Of a stretch of 64,000 bases of DNA, positions 1 to 11,000 are shown in pieces. Location: assembly GCA_963662795.1 (NCBI GenBank), contig OY759746.1, positions 3,680,001 to 3,744,000 on the forward strand, in the 5' to 3' direction. Position numbers and translations under genes: made by a program. The notes beneath the pieces are model-generated. The model worked only from the letters and a program-made list of their open reading frames with translations. It was not told where the DNA came from and did no database searches. This DNA is from Spirochaetia bacterium. Lineage in GTDB: Bacteria; Spirochaetota; Spirochaetia; CADAEX01. Every line of letters starts with the position of its first letter. Position 1 is the first letter of the stretch.

Positions 1-1
1 T

Positions 2-511
2 ATCAGGAATATCAAGCCCGTTATTCTTCAGTTCTCTTGCTGCCATAAGCCAGCCGCCCAGAGAATTAGTTTCAACTGCTGCAATTCTGGAATTTTTTAA
101 ATCTTTACAACTATTGATTTTACTGTTGCCGGAAGCTGTAAATATGAGACTTGAAAAAAAAGAGAAATTTCCGTATTCATACTGCCTGTCTAAAGTCAGG
201 ATCCTCCTGATGTCGTAATTCAACTCAAGTTCTACATAAATAAGAGGATTGCATATTATAAAATCAACATTTGTGGATTCTGCAGTTTTAATTATTTCAT
301 CATATCCAAGAGGAAGTATTTCAAAAGTATACCGATCTATTCTTGCGGAAAGATAATCAGCGAGAGGATCCCATTCCCCATGGCATTGCTCAATGCCATT
401 ATTCGCAAGGACTCCTATTTTTATATTGATATCATTGCCATATGCACAATTAAGAAATAATAAAAAATTAATGAGTATAAAATATTTTCCTTTGATCTTT
501 TTAATTTCCAT
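2..511 (-). CDS. Partial gene (runs off the window's left edge): PhnD/SsuA-like substrate-binding domain, probably the N-terminus of a sensor kinase
   Basis: Not in the ORF track. Read by hand from ATG at 511: MEIKKIKGKYFILINFLLFLNCAYGNDINIKIGVLANNGIEQCHGEWDPLADYLS...SLGGWLMA. Signal/TM segment followed by the IGVLA..G...W.PLADYL and SLGGW motifs typical of phosphonate-binding-like domains fused to kinases. Confidence 0.7.
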   Translation of the reverse strand, partial: MEIKKIKGKYFILINFLLFLNCAYGNDINIKIGVLANNGIEQCHGEWDPLADYLSARIDRYTFEILPLGYDEIIKTAESTNVDFIICNPLIYVELELNYDIRRILTLDRQYEYGNFSFFSSLIFTASGNSKINSCKDLKNSRIAAVETNSLGGWLMAARELKNNGLDIPD

Positions 512-535
512 TTTTTTAAGTAAAAAACAGTTAAA

Positions 536-880
536 TTATTTTAAAAAATGCAGTATCTTGGATATTTCAAACGGTTTTTTTAGCAGCGACAGTGCTCCTG
601 AATCCATAGCTGCTTTGGCAAGAGGATCAAGTGGAAAAGCTGTAATAATTAATATTTTCGCATCAGGCTTTTCCTTCAATATTATTTCGGTAACTTTTGC
701 TCCGTCTCTTTCAGGCATTCTCAGATCAGTGATAATAAGATCGTATTTTTCATCAAGAGCCTTCTGAGTACCTTCTATAGAGCTGCTGCAGCCTGTTACT
801 TCGTGTCCCATATCGGCAAGGATTGTTGATACAGCTTCGACAATTATTTCTTCATCATCAATGATTAAAACCCTGCTCAT
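536..880 (-). CDS. Single-domain response regulator (receiver only)
   Basis: IIDDE, TDLRMP (phospho-Asp), ITA and KKPF motifs; GGAG RBS upstream. Confidence 0.9.
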   Translation of the reverse strand: MSRVLIIDDEEIIVEAVSTILADMGHEVTGCSSSIEGTQKALDEKYDLIITDLRMPERDGAKVTEIILKEKPDAKILIITAFPLDPLAKAAMDSGALSLLKKPFEISKILHFLK

Positions 881-1004
881 TTACTGCTCCTGAAATAAAG
901 AATGGAATATTATATACTATTTTTCTGAACAATGTATATAAATTTATTTGTATTTATATCTTCCTGATATATGGATTCCGGGACATTATTAACACTCACC
1001 CTTT

Positions 1005-1624
1005 TTATGCAATTAAACATGACACAATCTGCTTAGTTTTAGCAATATCCTTTATGCATAATCCGTTCCCAGAGTATTTTCCAGCTTCTGATGATCAAGA
1101 AAGATTCTTCCTCCCATAATTATGACAGGAGTTTCTTTTAGACAATTTCTGCGGAGTTATTTTCTGATATAATTGCGAAATGTCACACTTTATGCCAGAT
1201 GCTCGCGCATTACAGTAATTTCATTTTTCTCCACATCAGACCGAATCCTGGTCATCGCCGGCTGATTTACTTTGATACAGAAGGCTGAAAGATCGTTGCT
1301 TGCAGAAACTGAGTTTAATGCAAGTTCTGAAGCGGAAAAGTCGTCTGCCTGTATCAGAAAGGGAAGATACCTTTCTTCAAGTTTTTTCATCCATGCAGGT
1401 ATTTCAGAAATTTTAATTTCAGTTAAACGAATAATCTCAGGATATTGTCATCCTCTTTTGTCATCCACTTGCAGACACTTATTATTTCTTTTTCCCTGAT
1501 GCTCCTATAAACATTTCCACAGTTCTATCCGCAATTTCATGACCTTAGTAAAAATATCTTTTCTGAAATTCCTTGCTGTATATCTCCGAAAAACCCAGGG
1601 AATAGTTTTTGCCAATAGCTGGAA
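1005..1624 (-). pseudogene. Degraded cobalamin (B12)-binding domain protein
   Basis: Fragments in shifting frames on the minus strand: FQLLAKTIPWVFRRY..., KEIISVCKWM..., YLPFLIQADD...QPAMTRIRSDVEKNEITVMREHLA* (B12-binding_2 cap, cf. QPAMYxIGxxWExNEIxVAxEHLA) and KETPVIIMGGRIF...LGTDYA* (C-terminal part of the B12 Rossmann domain). Multiple stops and frameshifts; the central (D/E)xHxxG segment is not seen. Confidence 0.65.
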
Positions 1625-2035
1625 TCAATTATTGAACCGTATTTCTATTTTTTTGATCATTTCAATTAAATCATTTATCATAAATGGTTTATTAAAAAAA
1701 TAAAGTGGCTGGTATTCAGCATAAGCAGATTTTTGAAAATTATAATCACCGCTTATCAGTAAAACAGGAATATTCTTATTTTCCTTTCTTATTTCCCTTA
1801 AAACATCGATTCCGCTGATACCGGTGAGATTCACATCCAGTATAACCAGGTCCGCATTCTTTTTTTTACTGAAGTATTCCAAAAATATTTTCCCGGATTT
1901 AAACTGGACTACATTATATTTTCTATTTTCAAGGAGAATCTTACAACTTTCACGGATTGCATCCTCATCATCAACAAGAAACAATGATCGAATTATATTT
2001 TTACTTGAATCAATAATTTCCCTATTTACACTCAA
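1625..2035 (-). CDS. Single-domain response regulator
   Basis: LVDDE, ILDVNL, ISG and NKPF motifs; GGGGAG upstream of the GTG start. Confidence 0.85.
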   Translation of the reverse strand: MSVNREIIDSSKNIIRSLFLVDDEDAIRESCKILLENRKYNVVQFKSGKIFLEYFSKKKNADLVILDVNLTGISGIDVLREIRKENKNIPVLLISGDYNFQKSAYAEYQPLYFFNKPFMINDLIEMIKKIEIRFNN

Positions 2036-2258
2036 CTTAACTTCTCCCCGAAAATGAAATATGAATTTAATTTTTTAATAACCAGTTTATGGGAATCATC
2101 AATATTTTCAGCCATTTTAATCTTTTAAATACCTTAATGGAATTTACGATGTAGGTATTATTACCCTAAACATGTTAACAATTGTAAATTAAAGTATAAT
2201 ACGTATATCCTTATTTGTTTATATTATATAAGTATAATGTTGTTAAATGAAATATTAC

Positions 2259-2891
2259 TTATTCAATCAGATTGTGCTGGATAGCATACTGTATCATTTC
2301 TGCCGTTGATTTCAATTCCATTTTCTCAATTATTCTGCTCCGGTAGGTTCTTACAGTATTTTCGCTTATATTTAAGGCTTCTGATATATTTCTTGAAGAT
2401 TTTCCTTCGCCTATCAGACAAAGTATCTGAAACTCCCTGTCAGAAAGTTTTTCATGAGGGTTTTTAATGCTTCCCCCCCCTATTGAACGGGCAAGATGCT
2501 CTGCCAGAGAAGACGATACATATATACCTCCGGTACTTATTTTCCTTATTGCTTCCAGTATTTCCCGGGAATTCGTACCTTTTGTTACATAACCGGATGC
2601 TCCGTCTTTGATTGCTCTTAAAGCATAATCTTCTTCGGCGTGCATACTTAAGACAAGTACTGATATTCCAGGTTTTTTTATTTTTATATCTTTAAGAACA
2701 TCAAGTCCGTTTTTCCCGGAAAGAGAAATATCCAGTACAATAATATCTATTTTCTCGTTTTCGATTATCGTGAAAAGTTCTTCACTGGATGCCGTACCTG
2801 CTGTAAACTGCATATCTTTCTGTGTAGTAATAAGCCGTTTAAAACCATCCCGTAATAATTCATGGTCATCGACAATAACAATTCGTATCAT
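2259..2891 (-). CDS. NarL/UvrY-family DNA-binding response regulator (REC + LuxR HTH)
   Basis: IVDDHELLRDG, LDISL, LSMH; HTH LSDREFQIL...SENTVRTYRSRIIEK. Confidence 0.95.
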   Translation of the reverse strand: MIRIVIVDDHELLRDGFKRLITTQKDMQFTAGTASSEELFTIIENEKIDIIVLDISLSGKNGLDVLKDIKIKKPGISVLVLSMHAEEDYALRAIKDGASGYVTKGTNSREILEAIRKISTGGIYVSSSLAEHLARSIGGGSIKNPHEKLSDREFQILCLIGEGKSSRNISEALNISENTVRTYRSRIIEKMELKSTAEMIQYAIQHNLIE

Positions 2892-4849
2892 TCGTTTCCC
2901 TTTATTGGAATAACAGCCTTGACAGTAGTTCCGGTATTATCGCTGCTGATAATTTCAATACTTCCATTACAGTATATAGCCCGCTCATGTATATTCAAAA
3001 GTCCGAAGCCCTTATTTTTCTTGGATGAGACAGAAAAACCTTTGCCGTAATCTTTCACAATAATAACAAGATTATCATCTTTTTCATAAAAATCTACTTC
3101 AACTTTATTTGTTTGCGCATGTCTTATAATATTTGTCAATGCTTCCTGAAAAATTCTGTATACTGCCAGTTTTTTTTCCTCTTTCAAACTTATATTTTTA
3201 ATCTGGATATTTGAGACAACTTCAGCATGTGATTGAATTGTGAAATTTTTTATCAGCAGATTTAGCGAGTTTAAAAAATCTGAAGAATCAAGAATTGATG
3301 GACGCAGATTATGTGTAAGTTTTCTTGTTTTTTCAACAGAAGAATCAATCTGTTCCCTGAATTCCCTGGTAAGATCAATAATATCCTTGTCCGATATGTT
3401 TTTTTTACTGATTTCTTCTTCAAAAAGCGTTAATAACATTTCAAGGCAGGTTAAAGACTGTCCCAGGTCATCATGTATTTCCCTGGCAATGTATTTATTC
3501 TGATCCTCTCTTGCATTCTGCAAGTGATGAGATAATTCACGAAGCTGTCTGGAGCTCTCTTCAAGCCGCAATTCATTATTTTTCTGTATAGTTACATCCT
3601 GCAGGGCGCCCCTTACAATTATACATTTTCCATTTTTCACTACCGGTTCACCGTATATTCTGACCCATTTAAGTTTTTGATCTGATGAATATATCTGCAA
3701 AAGAAGATCAAAATTATCCCCATTTTGAATGGACTTCCTATAGATATTTTTAAAACCAATCATGTCCTCATTATTATAATAATCCAGTGTATCAGCAATT
3801 GACACTTGTGAAGAAGGAATAATTCCAAGTATATCTTTAATACTATCGGTCCATATAATGTTTTTCTGCTCCAGATCAGATTCCCAGCCCGCAATTCCGG
3901 CCAAATGTCCTGTCTGATTAAGAAGAGTATCTTTTTTTTCTGCTATTTTTTCAGCTTTATTACGTCCTGAAATTTCTTTTTCAAGCGCCTTATTTTTTTT
4001 AATTATTTCCTTTTCATATTTTTTTAAAAGTGAAATATCTGTATGAGTTCCAACAATTCTCACTGCTTTATTGCTTTCATCAAAATAGACATTTGCCCTG
4101 GCAAGAATATCAACCCAGTGCCCGTCCTTATGCTTCATTTTAAATTCCACTACAAATCTGTCGCGCTTTCTGTTTATCAATTCCTGGTGGATTTTCCAGG
4201 ATTTTTCAACATCTTTTTTTTCTGTAAGGTTTTCCCAGACAGAAAAATCATTCGGCAGTTCATCGTTTTTATAACCAAGCATTTTTTTCCAGCCGGGAGA
4301 ATAATAGATTTCATTGGTAATCAGGTTCCAGTCGAATAGTCCGTCTCTTGTTGCATCCATGGCGCGGTTGAACCTGAGTTCGCTTTCTTTCAGTTTTTCT
4401 ATACTGTTTTCCCTTACAGTTACATCATTAAATACAGCTACAATCAAATCATTCGATATTCTAAAGACAGTATTCTCAAAATAGTTTGAAAAATTGCTGT
4501 CTATATATTTTTTAACAGGGTATGTTTTTGATTTGCCGGTTTTCCAGACCTTCCTGAAAACATTTACAAGTCCGTATTCATCAACGGTCGGACGGATATC
4601 TTTTAAACTTTTACCTTTTAAATCATTTAAACTTTTATTATTTAAATCATTTGAAGCAAGTTTTTCATATTCAAGTGCCGTTCTGTTGAAATCCTGAATA
4701 ATATAATCACTTCCTGATTTGCCGTCATTTATAACCTTATATATTGCTATACCGCTCGGACTGTTATCAAAAAGCAGTCTGAAATTATTATATAAATCGC
4801 CATCGGATTTAATAAGCCAATCGGGGGGTGTTTTATCTGTTTTTTCCAT
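2888..4849 (-). CDS. Cytoplasmic multi-PAS sensor histidine kinase, HisKA_3 (NarX/UhpB) type
   Basis: About three PAS/PAC-like segments; IAREIHDDLGQSL H-box, QEALTNIIRHA N-box, DYGKGF and GFGL G-boxes; 4-nt overlap with the NarL-type regulator. Confidence 0.93.
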   Translation of the reverse strand: MEKTDKTPPDWLIKSDGDLYNNFRLLFDNSPSGIAIYKVINDGKSGSDYIIQDFNRTALEYEKLASNDLNNKSLNDLKGKSLKDIRPTVDEYGLVNVFRKVWKTGKSKTYPVKKYIDSNFSNYFENTVFRISNDLIVAVFNDVTVRENSIEKLKESELRFNRAMDATRDGLFDWNLITNEIYYSPGWKKMLGYKNDELPNDFSVWENLTEKKDVEKSWKIHQELINRKRDRFVVEFKMKHKDGHWVDILARANVYFDESNKAVRIVGTHTDISLLKKYEKEIIKKNKALEKEISGRNKAEKIAEKKDTLLNQTGHLAGIAGWESDLEQKNIIWTDSIKDILGIIPSSQVSIADTLDYYNNEDMIGFKNIYRKSIQNGDNFDLLLQIYSSDQKLKWVRIYGEPVVKNGKCIIVRGALQDVTIQKNNELRLEESSRQLRELSHHLQNAREDQNKYIAREIHDDLGQSLTCLEMLLTLFEEEISKKNISDKDIIDLTREFREQIDSSVEKTRKLTHNLRPSILDSSDFLNSLNLLIKNFTIQSHAEVVSNIQIKNISLKEEKKLAVYRIFQEALTNIIRHAQTNKVEVDFYEKDDNLVIIVKDYGKGFSVSSKKNKGFGLLNIHERAIYCNGSIEIISSDNTGTTVKAVIPIKGNE

Positions 4850-4918
4850 GTATATTCCTGATCCAGTATTATTAAGAATAAAATTTATAATTCAGGTTGT
4901 CAGAAACCAGTCTACTAA

Positions 4919-6661
4919 CTAAGTATCGGCGACTTCGAACGGAATGTCCAAATAAAATTTTGTATATTCACCCTGTCTGCTTTCAAAAGTTAATGACCCG
5001 TTATGTTTTTTTACTAAGCCATGGCTTATTGAAAGGCCTAGCCCGGTTCCCTTTGTCCTGTTTTTAGTGGTATAAAACGGGTCGAGAATAAAATCCTTAA
5101 TATTTTCAGGTATTCCCATCCCCCTGTCTTCGACAGTAATTCTCGCATATTTCTTTTCATTCAATTCTATTTCCGATACAGAAATTATTATAATTTTTTC
5201 AGCATTATACCCGGGATATTTTTCATTAAGCGAATCACGCGCATTTGTAAGCAGATTCATAAGAACCTGTTGAATTTCACTGCTTTTACAGTAGACATCA
5301 GGGAATTTATCAGGTATTTCAATCTTAAGATGTATCTGATCATGCCGGAAAATTGTAATTAAAAGCGAATCCACATATTTTATCAATTCTGATAACGGAG
5401 TTAATTTTTTACCGGACTGATTATCGCTTCTTGCGAACTGAAGAAGATTTTTAACTATTACAGATACTCTTTTTGTCTCTTCAATAATTGCCTCTGCATA
5501 TTCCTTGACTGCAGATTCACAAATATCGAGATCAATTATCAGCTGGGCATAATTTAATATCCCGTTTATCGGATTATTGATTTCATGAGCAACACCGCTG
5601 GCAAGAATGCCGATGGATTCAAGCTTCTGCTGCTGAATCATGCGGGCTTCAATCTCTCTCTTCGCAAGAATCGCTTTTTCTTTTTCCTTTATTTGTGTCT
5701 GAAGTGCCTCAGTCCTTACCGCAACCAAATCCTCAAGGTGATTCCTGTATCTTGCAAGTTCGGCTTCAATTTTTTTTCTGCCAGTGATATTTCTTATAAC
5801 TCCAACAGTAGCAAGAAAAACTTTTTTCTTTTGAGCGCCCAAAACTCCATGGATACCGGAACTGTTGACCTCTGCATTAATAAAATCATCATTGAGGTTA
5901 TTGATAATCCCCTCTTGCCTGTATTTCATCTTTTTCGTAAGAAGTCTCACTTCAAGTTCCACAGTTTTTCTGTTATCCGATCTTCTTTCATCGAATAGTT
6001 TAGGAGCTCCTTTATCTCCTGTTTTTTTACCTTCATATTCAGGCAGAACATATTCACGACTGACCTGTCTGATATCATCCGGATGAATAATTTTACTGAA
6101 GTGGGATCCTATCAATTCGGCAGGATCATAACCGAGGTTTTCTACAGCCTGATTGATAAATGTAAAAATGCCTTTTTCATTAATCCTGTACACAATATCG
6201 GGAACTGTACGGACCAGACTGCGGAATCCCTCTTCAGAGGCTGCAAGAAGTTCAACTTTTTCACTAAGTTCTCTGTTTATCCTGTTCAAATCCAGAAAGA
6301 CATTAACTTTTGACAAAAGATGTTCAGGACTGTATGGTTTGACAAGATAATCAACTGCGCCGGTTTTATAGCCTTTAAAAATATGGGAATCATCCGTAAA
6401 GACTGCGGACATGAAAATAATCGGCATATTATGTGAATCAGGGTCTCCCCTAAGAAGATCGGCAAGTTCATATCCATCCATTCCCGGCATTTGAATATCA
6501 AGAATGGCAAGAGCAAAAACATTGTCGACAGCAAGCCTGAGCGCTTCTTCCCCGTTTAATGCACTTAACACAACAGCATTAACTTTCCTCAATACCCTTT
6601 CCAGCGCCACAATATTTTCTTTTCTGTCATCAACAATAAGTATTTTCTGTTTAATATCCAT
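4919..6661 (-). CDS. Hybrid REC-PAS-histidine kinase (NtrB-type)
   Basis: N-terminal REC (IVDD, LDIQMP, VKP); PAS; GVAHEINNP H-box, NLLTNA, DRGMG, PFYTTK, GTGLGL. Likely start is MDIKQK at 6661 (the ORF track extends to 6706). Confidence 0.92.
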   Translation of the reverse strand: MDIKQKILIVDDRKENIVALERVLRKVNAVVLSALNGEEALRLAVDNVFALAILDIQMPGMDGYELADLLRGDPDSHNMPIIFMSAVFTDDSHIFKGYKTGAVDYLVKPYSPEHLLSKVNVFLDLNRINRELSEKVELLAASEEGFRSLVRTVPDIVYRINEKGIFTFINQAVENLGYDPAELIGSHFSKIIHPDDIRQVSREYVLPEYEGKKTGDKGAPKLFDERRSDNRKTVELEVRLLTKKMKYRQEGIINNLNDDFINAEVNSSGIHGVLGAQKKKVFLATVGVIRNITGRKKIEAELARYRNHLEDLVAVRTEALQTQIKEKEKAILAKREIEARMIQQQKLESIGILASGVAHEINNPINGILNYAQLIIDLDICESAVKEYAEAIIEETKRVSVIVKNLLQFARSDNQSGKKLTPLSELIKYVDSLLITIFRHDQIHLKIEIPDKFPDVYCKSSEIQQVLMNLLTNARDSLNEKYPGYNAEKIIIISVSEIELNEKKYARITVEDRGMGIPENIKDFILDPFYTTKNRTKGTGLGLSISHGLVKKHNGSLTFESRQGEYTKFYLDIPFEVADT

Positions 6662-7238
6662 CACATTCTCCTGAGATTCTGCAAAGCAGCGAAGAAATTT
6701 CTTCAATTTCCAGAATATAGTCTATTACTGTATTCCTGATTGCCGCCAAAGGCATTTCCCTGCTGTAGGCAGTATCAGGCGACTGAACTACTGCAAGACC
6801 TCCTGCCTGCTTTATTTTTTTCAGCCCTTCAGCGCCGTCATTATTTGCGCCTGATAATATTATTCCTATTACAGCCGGACCGTAAGCATATACAGCACTT
6901 TCAAAAAGGACGTCAATGGATGGCCGTGAAAAGTTAACTTTATCATCAACCGAAAGGGATATTGTATTATCATGTTCAACAAGAAGGTGATAATCGGGCG
7001 GCGCGATATAGATAATACCCGGCTTCAGCTGTTCCCTGTTTTCGGCTTCTTTTACCCTGATATCAACCTTTTCATCGAGAAGCTTTGCAAAAATATCGCT
7101 TTCAGCATGTGCAAGATGCTGGACAACAGCAACGGGTAATTTAAAATTCACAGGCAGCCCGGAAAAGAGTTTATAAAGAGCATCCAATCCTCCTGCAGAT
7201 GAACCTACAACAACTATTTCGTACATATAATGATTCAT
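6651..7238 (-). CDS. cheB: Stand-alone CheB-type methylesterase (no receiver domain)
   Basis: GSSAGG (Ser), VQH (His), RPSIDVLF and LSGANNDGA (Asp) catalytic motifs. Confidence 0.92.
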   Translation of the reverse strand: MNHYMYEIVVVGSSAGGLDALYKLFSGLPVNFKLPVAVVQHLAHAESDIFAKLLDEKVDIRVKEAENREQLKPGIIYIAPPDYHLLVEHDNTISLSVDDKVNFSRPSIDVLFESAVYAYGPAVIGIILSGANNDGAEGLKKIKQAGGLAVVQSPDTAYSREMPLAAIRNTVIDYILEIEEISSLLCRISGECDGY

Positions 7239-8062
7239 AATACTGTTTTTTTGTATATCTGCATTTTCCGGTCAATCAGATTATAAGAATTTTCAACATG
7301 AGTGAATGATATTGATTCTTTTGTCCCGAGACACAGATAACCGTTATGTACAAGACTGTGAGTGAATAATTCAAGGACACGGTTCTGAAGATCATTATTG
7401 AAATAGATTAATACATTTCTGCACAATATCAGATTCATTTCTCCGAATACCTTGTCACATACAAGATTATGATTTGCAAATGTAATATTTTTTTTTAATG
7501 ACTGATCTATTATTACTGAATCATATCCAGCATTGTAATAATCAGAAAATTCATTATGTCCGCCTGAATTGATATAGTTCTGTGTATAAGACTTCATGTC
7601 CCTGAGATGATAAATACCGTTTTTTGCTTTTTCAAGTGCCGTATCGTTAAAATCAGTGCCGTATATTTTAGTTTTTTCATAAAGCCCCTCTTCCTTTAAA
7701 AGAATCGCAATTGAATATACTTCCTCCCCTGTCGCACAGCCGGCTATCCAGATTTTAATATGGGGATAGCTCCTCAATTCAGGAATAACAATTCTGCGCA
7801 GCCCGGCATAAACAAATGGATCCCGGAACATTTCAGTAACAGGAATTGAAAGATACTGGACAAAATCAGACAGTAAATCCTGATTATGGAGTATTTCAGG
7901 GATGACATAAGCAATGGAATTATAGCTTTTATTTGCTATAAACTGATTCACCCTCCGCATTATTGACGCTTTCGAATATGATCTGAAATCATACCCATAT
8001 CTTTTATTCAACGCATCAAGGAGGAGGTCAAGTTCCAGCTTCTCGAGTTCATTGGTATTCAT
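7235..8062 (-). CDS. cheR: CheR-type protein-glutamate O-methyltransferase
   Basis: YGYDF, TEMFRD, IWIAGCATGEEVYS, GTD and ILCRNVLIYF motifs. Confidence 0.95.
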   Translation of the reverse strand: MNTNELEKLELDLLLDALNKRYGYDFRSYSKASIMRRVNQFIANKSYNSIAYVIPEILHNQDLLSDFVQYLSIPVTEMFRDPFVYAGLRRIVIPELRSYPHIKIWIAGCATGEEVYSIAILLKEEGLYEKTKIYGTDFNDTALEKAKNGIYHLRDMKSYTQNYINSGGHNEFSDYYNAGYDSVIIDQSLKKNITFANHNLVCDKVFGEMNLILCRNVLIYFNNDLQNRVLELFTHSLVHNGYLCLGTKESISFTHVENSYNLIDRKMQIYKKTVL

Positions 8063-11000
8063 TATTTATCCCTGCCGTACAGCCATACCTTAATCAGGGA
8101 AATCAGTTTATCCCCGTCGACAGGTTTTGACATATAGTCATCCGCTCCTGCTTCGATACATTTTTCACGGTCATTTTTCATTGCTTTTGCGGTAAGAGCT
8201 ATTATAGGTATATTTTTAAAATCCTCATTTACGCGTATTTTTTTCATTGTTTCATAGCCGTCCATATCCGGCATCATTATATCCATAAGAATAAGATCTA
8301 TCCCGGAAGTTGCATTTAAAATTTTCAATGCTTTTTCACCAGATTCAGCTTTAATTGTTTCAAGTCCTTTTGAAGTAAGCAATTTGGAAACAGCGAACAG
8401 GGCTCTCATATCATCGTCAACAATCAGGACTTTTCCTTCCTTGAACATCTTGTCTGTTTGACTGATATCTGTTTGTAATTGTTTTTTATCTTTCTTCCCT
8501 GTTTTTATCATCTGATGGAGGAAAAGAGATACCTCATCCAGAAGTCTTCCTTCAGACCTTGCGTCCTTGATTATTATTGAATCAGAATGTTCATTGATTG
8601 ATATTTCCTCATCCTGGGTAAGATCTTTTCCTGTATATACAATAACCGGCGGCAGGGTCATATTATTTTTAAGCTCCTCCATTTTATCCAGCAGCTCCAT
8701 TCCGCTGATGTCAGGGAGTCCAAGGTCCATAACAATGCAATGGTATTTTCCGGTTTTAACAGCCTTAAAAGCATCTTCACCTGTTATAGCAACATCAATA
8801 TTTATATTATCACTTTTCAAAAGAGAAACAATATTATTTTTCATAACCTCATCATCTTCAACTACAAGCAAGTTGCGGGTTCTGTGATCGCTTAGTTCAA
8901 TAAGTTTACTTATAACTTCATCAAGCTGTTCTTTGGTAACCGGTTTATTTAAAAAGCCGACCGCTCCATTTCTGAAAGCGCTGAGCGTAGGTTCATTGAT
9001 CGATATAATGTGAACAGGGATATGTCTGGTCTGAGGATCATCCTTAAGGCTGCTTAATACTTTATATCCGTCAATTCCCGGAAGCTGGAGATCAAGAATT
9101 ATCCCGCTGGGGTGATGCTTTTTGGCAAGAGATAATCCGTTGTTTCCTGTAGAAGCGGCAATACATTTATAACCCTTGTTTTTGCAGTGTTTCATTACTA
9201 TTTTTAAAAATTCAAGATCATCCTCAATAATCAACAGTACCTTATCATTCTCCTTGAGGTTATTACGGTCATCATTGAGTTTCTCAGGGCTTGAGTCCGG
9301 TTCAACAGCAAGATTTTGCTGACTTTCTGCCGGTATTAGTATTTCCTGGATGTTTGTTTTTTTCTTGCTGCCTGATTCACATTCAAACGGCAGATAAAGT
9401 GTGAAAATACTCCCCTTCCCTTCTTCACTTTCAAGTTTTATTACACCTCCAAGCAGAGCCGCCAGTTCTCTTGCAATTGAGAGGCCCAGGCCGGTCCCTC
9501 CGTACCTCCTTGAAGTTCCCCCGTCTCCCTGCTGGAATGCTTCAAAAACAGCTTTTTTCTGTAACTCCGGTATCCCTATTCCTGTATCCCTGACTGAAAT
9601 TGAAAGCAATTCCTCATCACTTTCTGATTTGGAAAATTTCACATCAACACTTCCCCTGGCTGTAAATTTAATCGCATTTCCTATCAGGTTGCGCAGAATC
9701 TGTTCCAGGCGCATACTGTCGGAATAAATCAACTGGGGTATATTTTTCTCAATTTCCACACTGAAATCAAGGTTCTTCTCCTTTGCCAGCTTGGTAAAAC
9801 CTGTTTCAAGCCTTTCCTTAATATCTTTCAGATTTATATTTTCAAAATACAATTCCATTCTTCCTGCTTCTATTCTTGAAAGATCAAGTATCTGATTAAT
9901 AAGATTCAGAAGATCATTACCCCCCTTGAATATTATATTTGCAGACTCCACCTGTTCTTCGTTCAGATTTTTCTCTTCATTATTGGCCAGGTCCCGCGCA
10001 AGAAGAAGCAGACTGTTTAAAGGAGTCCTGAGTTCATGAGACATGTTGGAAAGAAACTCGGATTTATATTTGCTTGCCTGTTCAAGCTCATCAGCTTTTT
10101 TCTGCAATTCCATTTTTGCCTCTTCAACCAGTCTCTGTTTTTCTTCGAGCTGTTCATTTTTAATTTCAAGATCAACATTTGAATGCTCAAGTTCCTGCTG
10201 CTGTTCTTTTAGTCTATCCTCCGATTCTCTCAGCCGGCTGGCCTGCTCCTCAAGTTCTTCATTTGATACTCTAAGTTCCTCCTGCTGAGTCTGAAGTTCA
10301 TGTTTCTGTTCTTCTGTCTGCTTTAAAAGTATTCTTTCCTGTTCCATCCCCTGCAGTGTATTGATACTGATTCCTATGCTGCCAAGTACGGATGTGAGAT
10401 ATTCAATTTTCATATCACTTACAATACTTGTAAATCCAAGCTCAATTACTCCCTTAACCTCACCATTAAAAAGAACAGGAGCCAGTACAATACTTACAGG
10501 AGATGCCCGGCCAAGGTCAGAACCCATATAGATATAATTTTCAGGGATAGTATTTATTATTTTTATTTTTTTATCTGATGCAGCCTGTCCAACAAGACCT
10601 TCTCCGAAATCAAAAGATTCAGGCACCGCTTTATCTTTAAAATATGCAAAAATTGCGCTCCTTATAAGTTTTTTATCTTTTACAAGATAGAATGAACCGA
10701 TATCTGCTCCTGAGTAATCCGAAATTTCTTTTAAAATATCAGTAGCTAACGGTTTTGAATTTTTAAACATCCTCATGCGTTTATATAGCCTGTTTTGTCC
10801 TTCCTGAATGAAGTTTTTCTCTTTCAATGTAATTGCCTGATTTTCAAGCATTTCCATCATTTCATCAAATGATTTTGAGATCAAACCGATTTCATCCCCT
10901 GAATTTATATTTGTTCTAAGTGACAGATTTTCAGGACCGACTGTTTTTACTGCTTTTTGAAGCCTTAGCAAAGGAATTGTGATGGATCTTGAAATCAATA

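Noticed and set aside
393-767. Plus-strand ORF, and the many similar short antisense ORFs across the window (e.g. 8567-8887, 33810-34421, 40205-40756, 55748-56218)
   Set aside because: They are Ser/Ile/Phe-rich shadows of well-supported genes on the opposite strand, with no motifs or RBS
1190-1390. 66-aa ORF as an independent small protein
   Set aside because: Better explained as one fragment of the B12-binding pseudogene
1625-1627. In-frame TGA as selenocysteine or a recoded stop
   Set aside because: No obvious SECIS-like hairpin, the downstream sequence is frameshifted, and other TGA codons in the window act as normal stops
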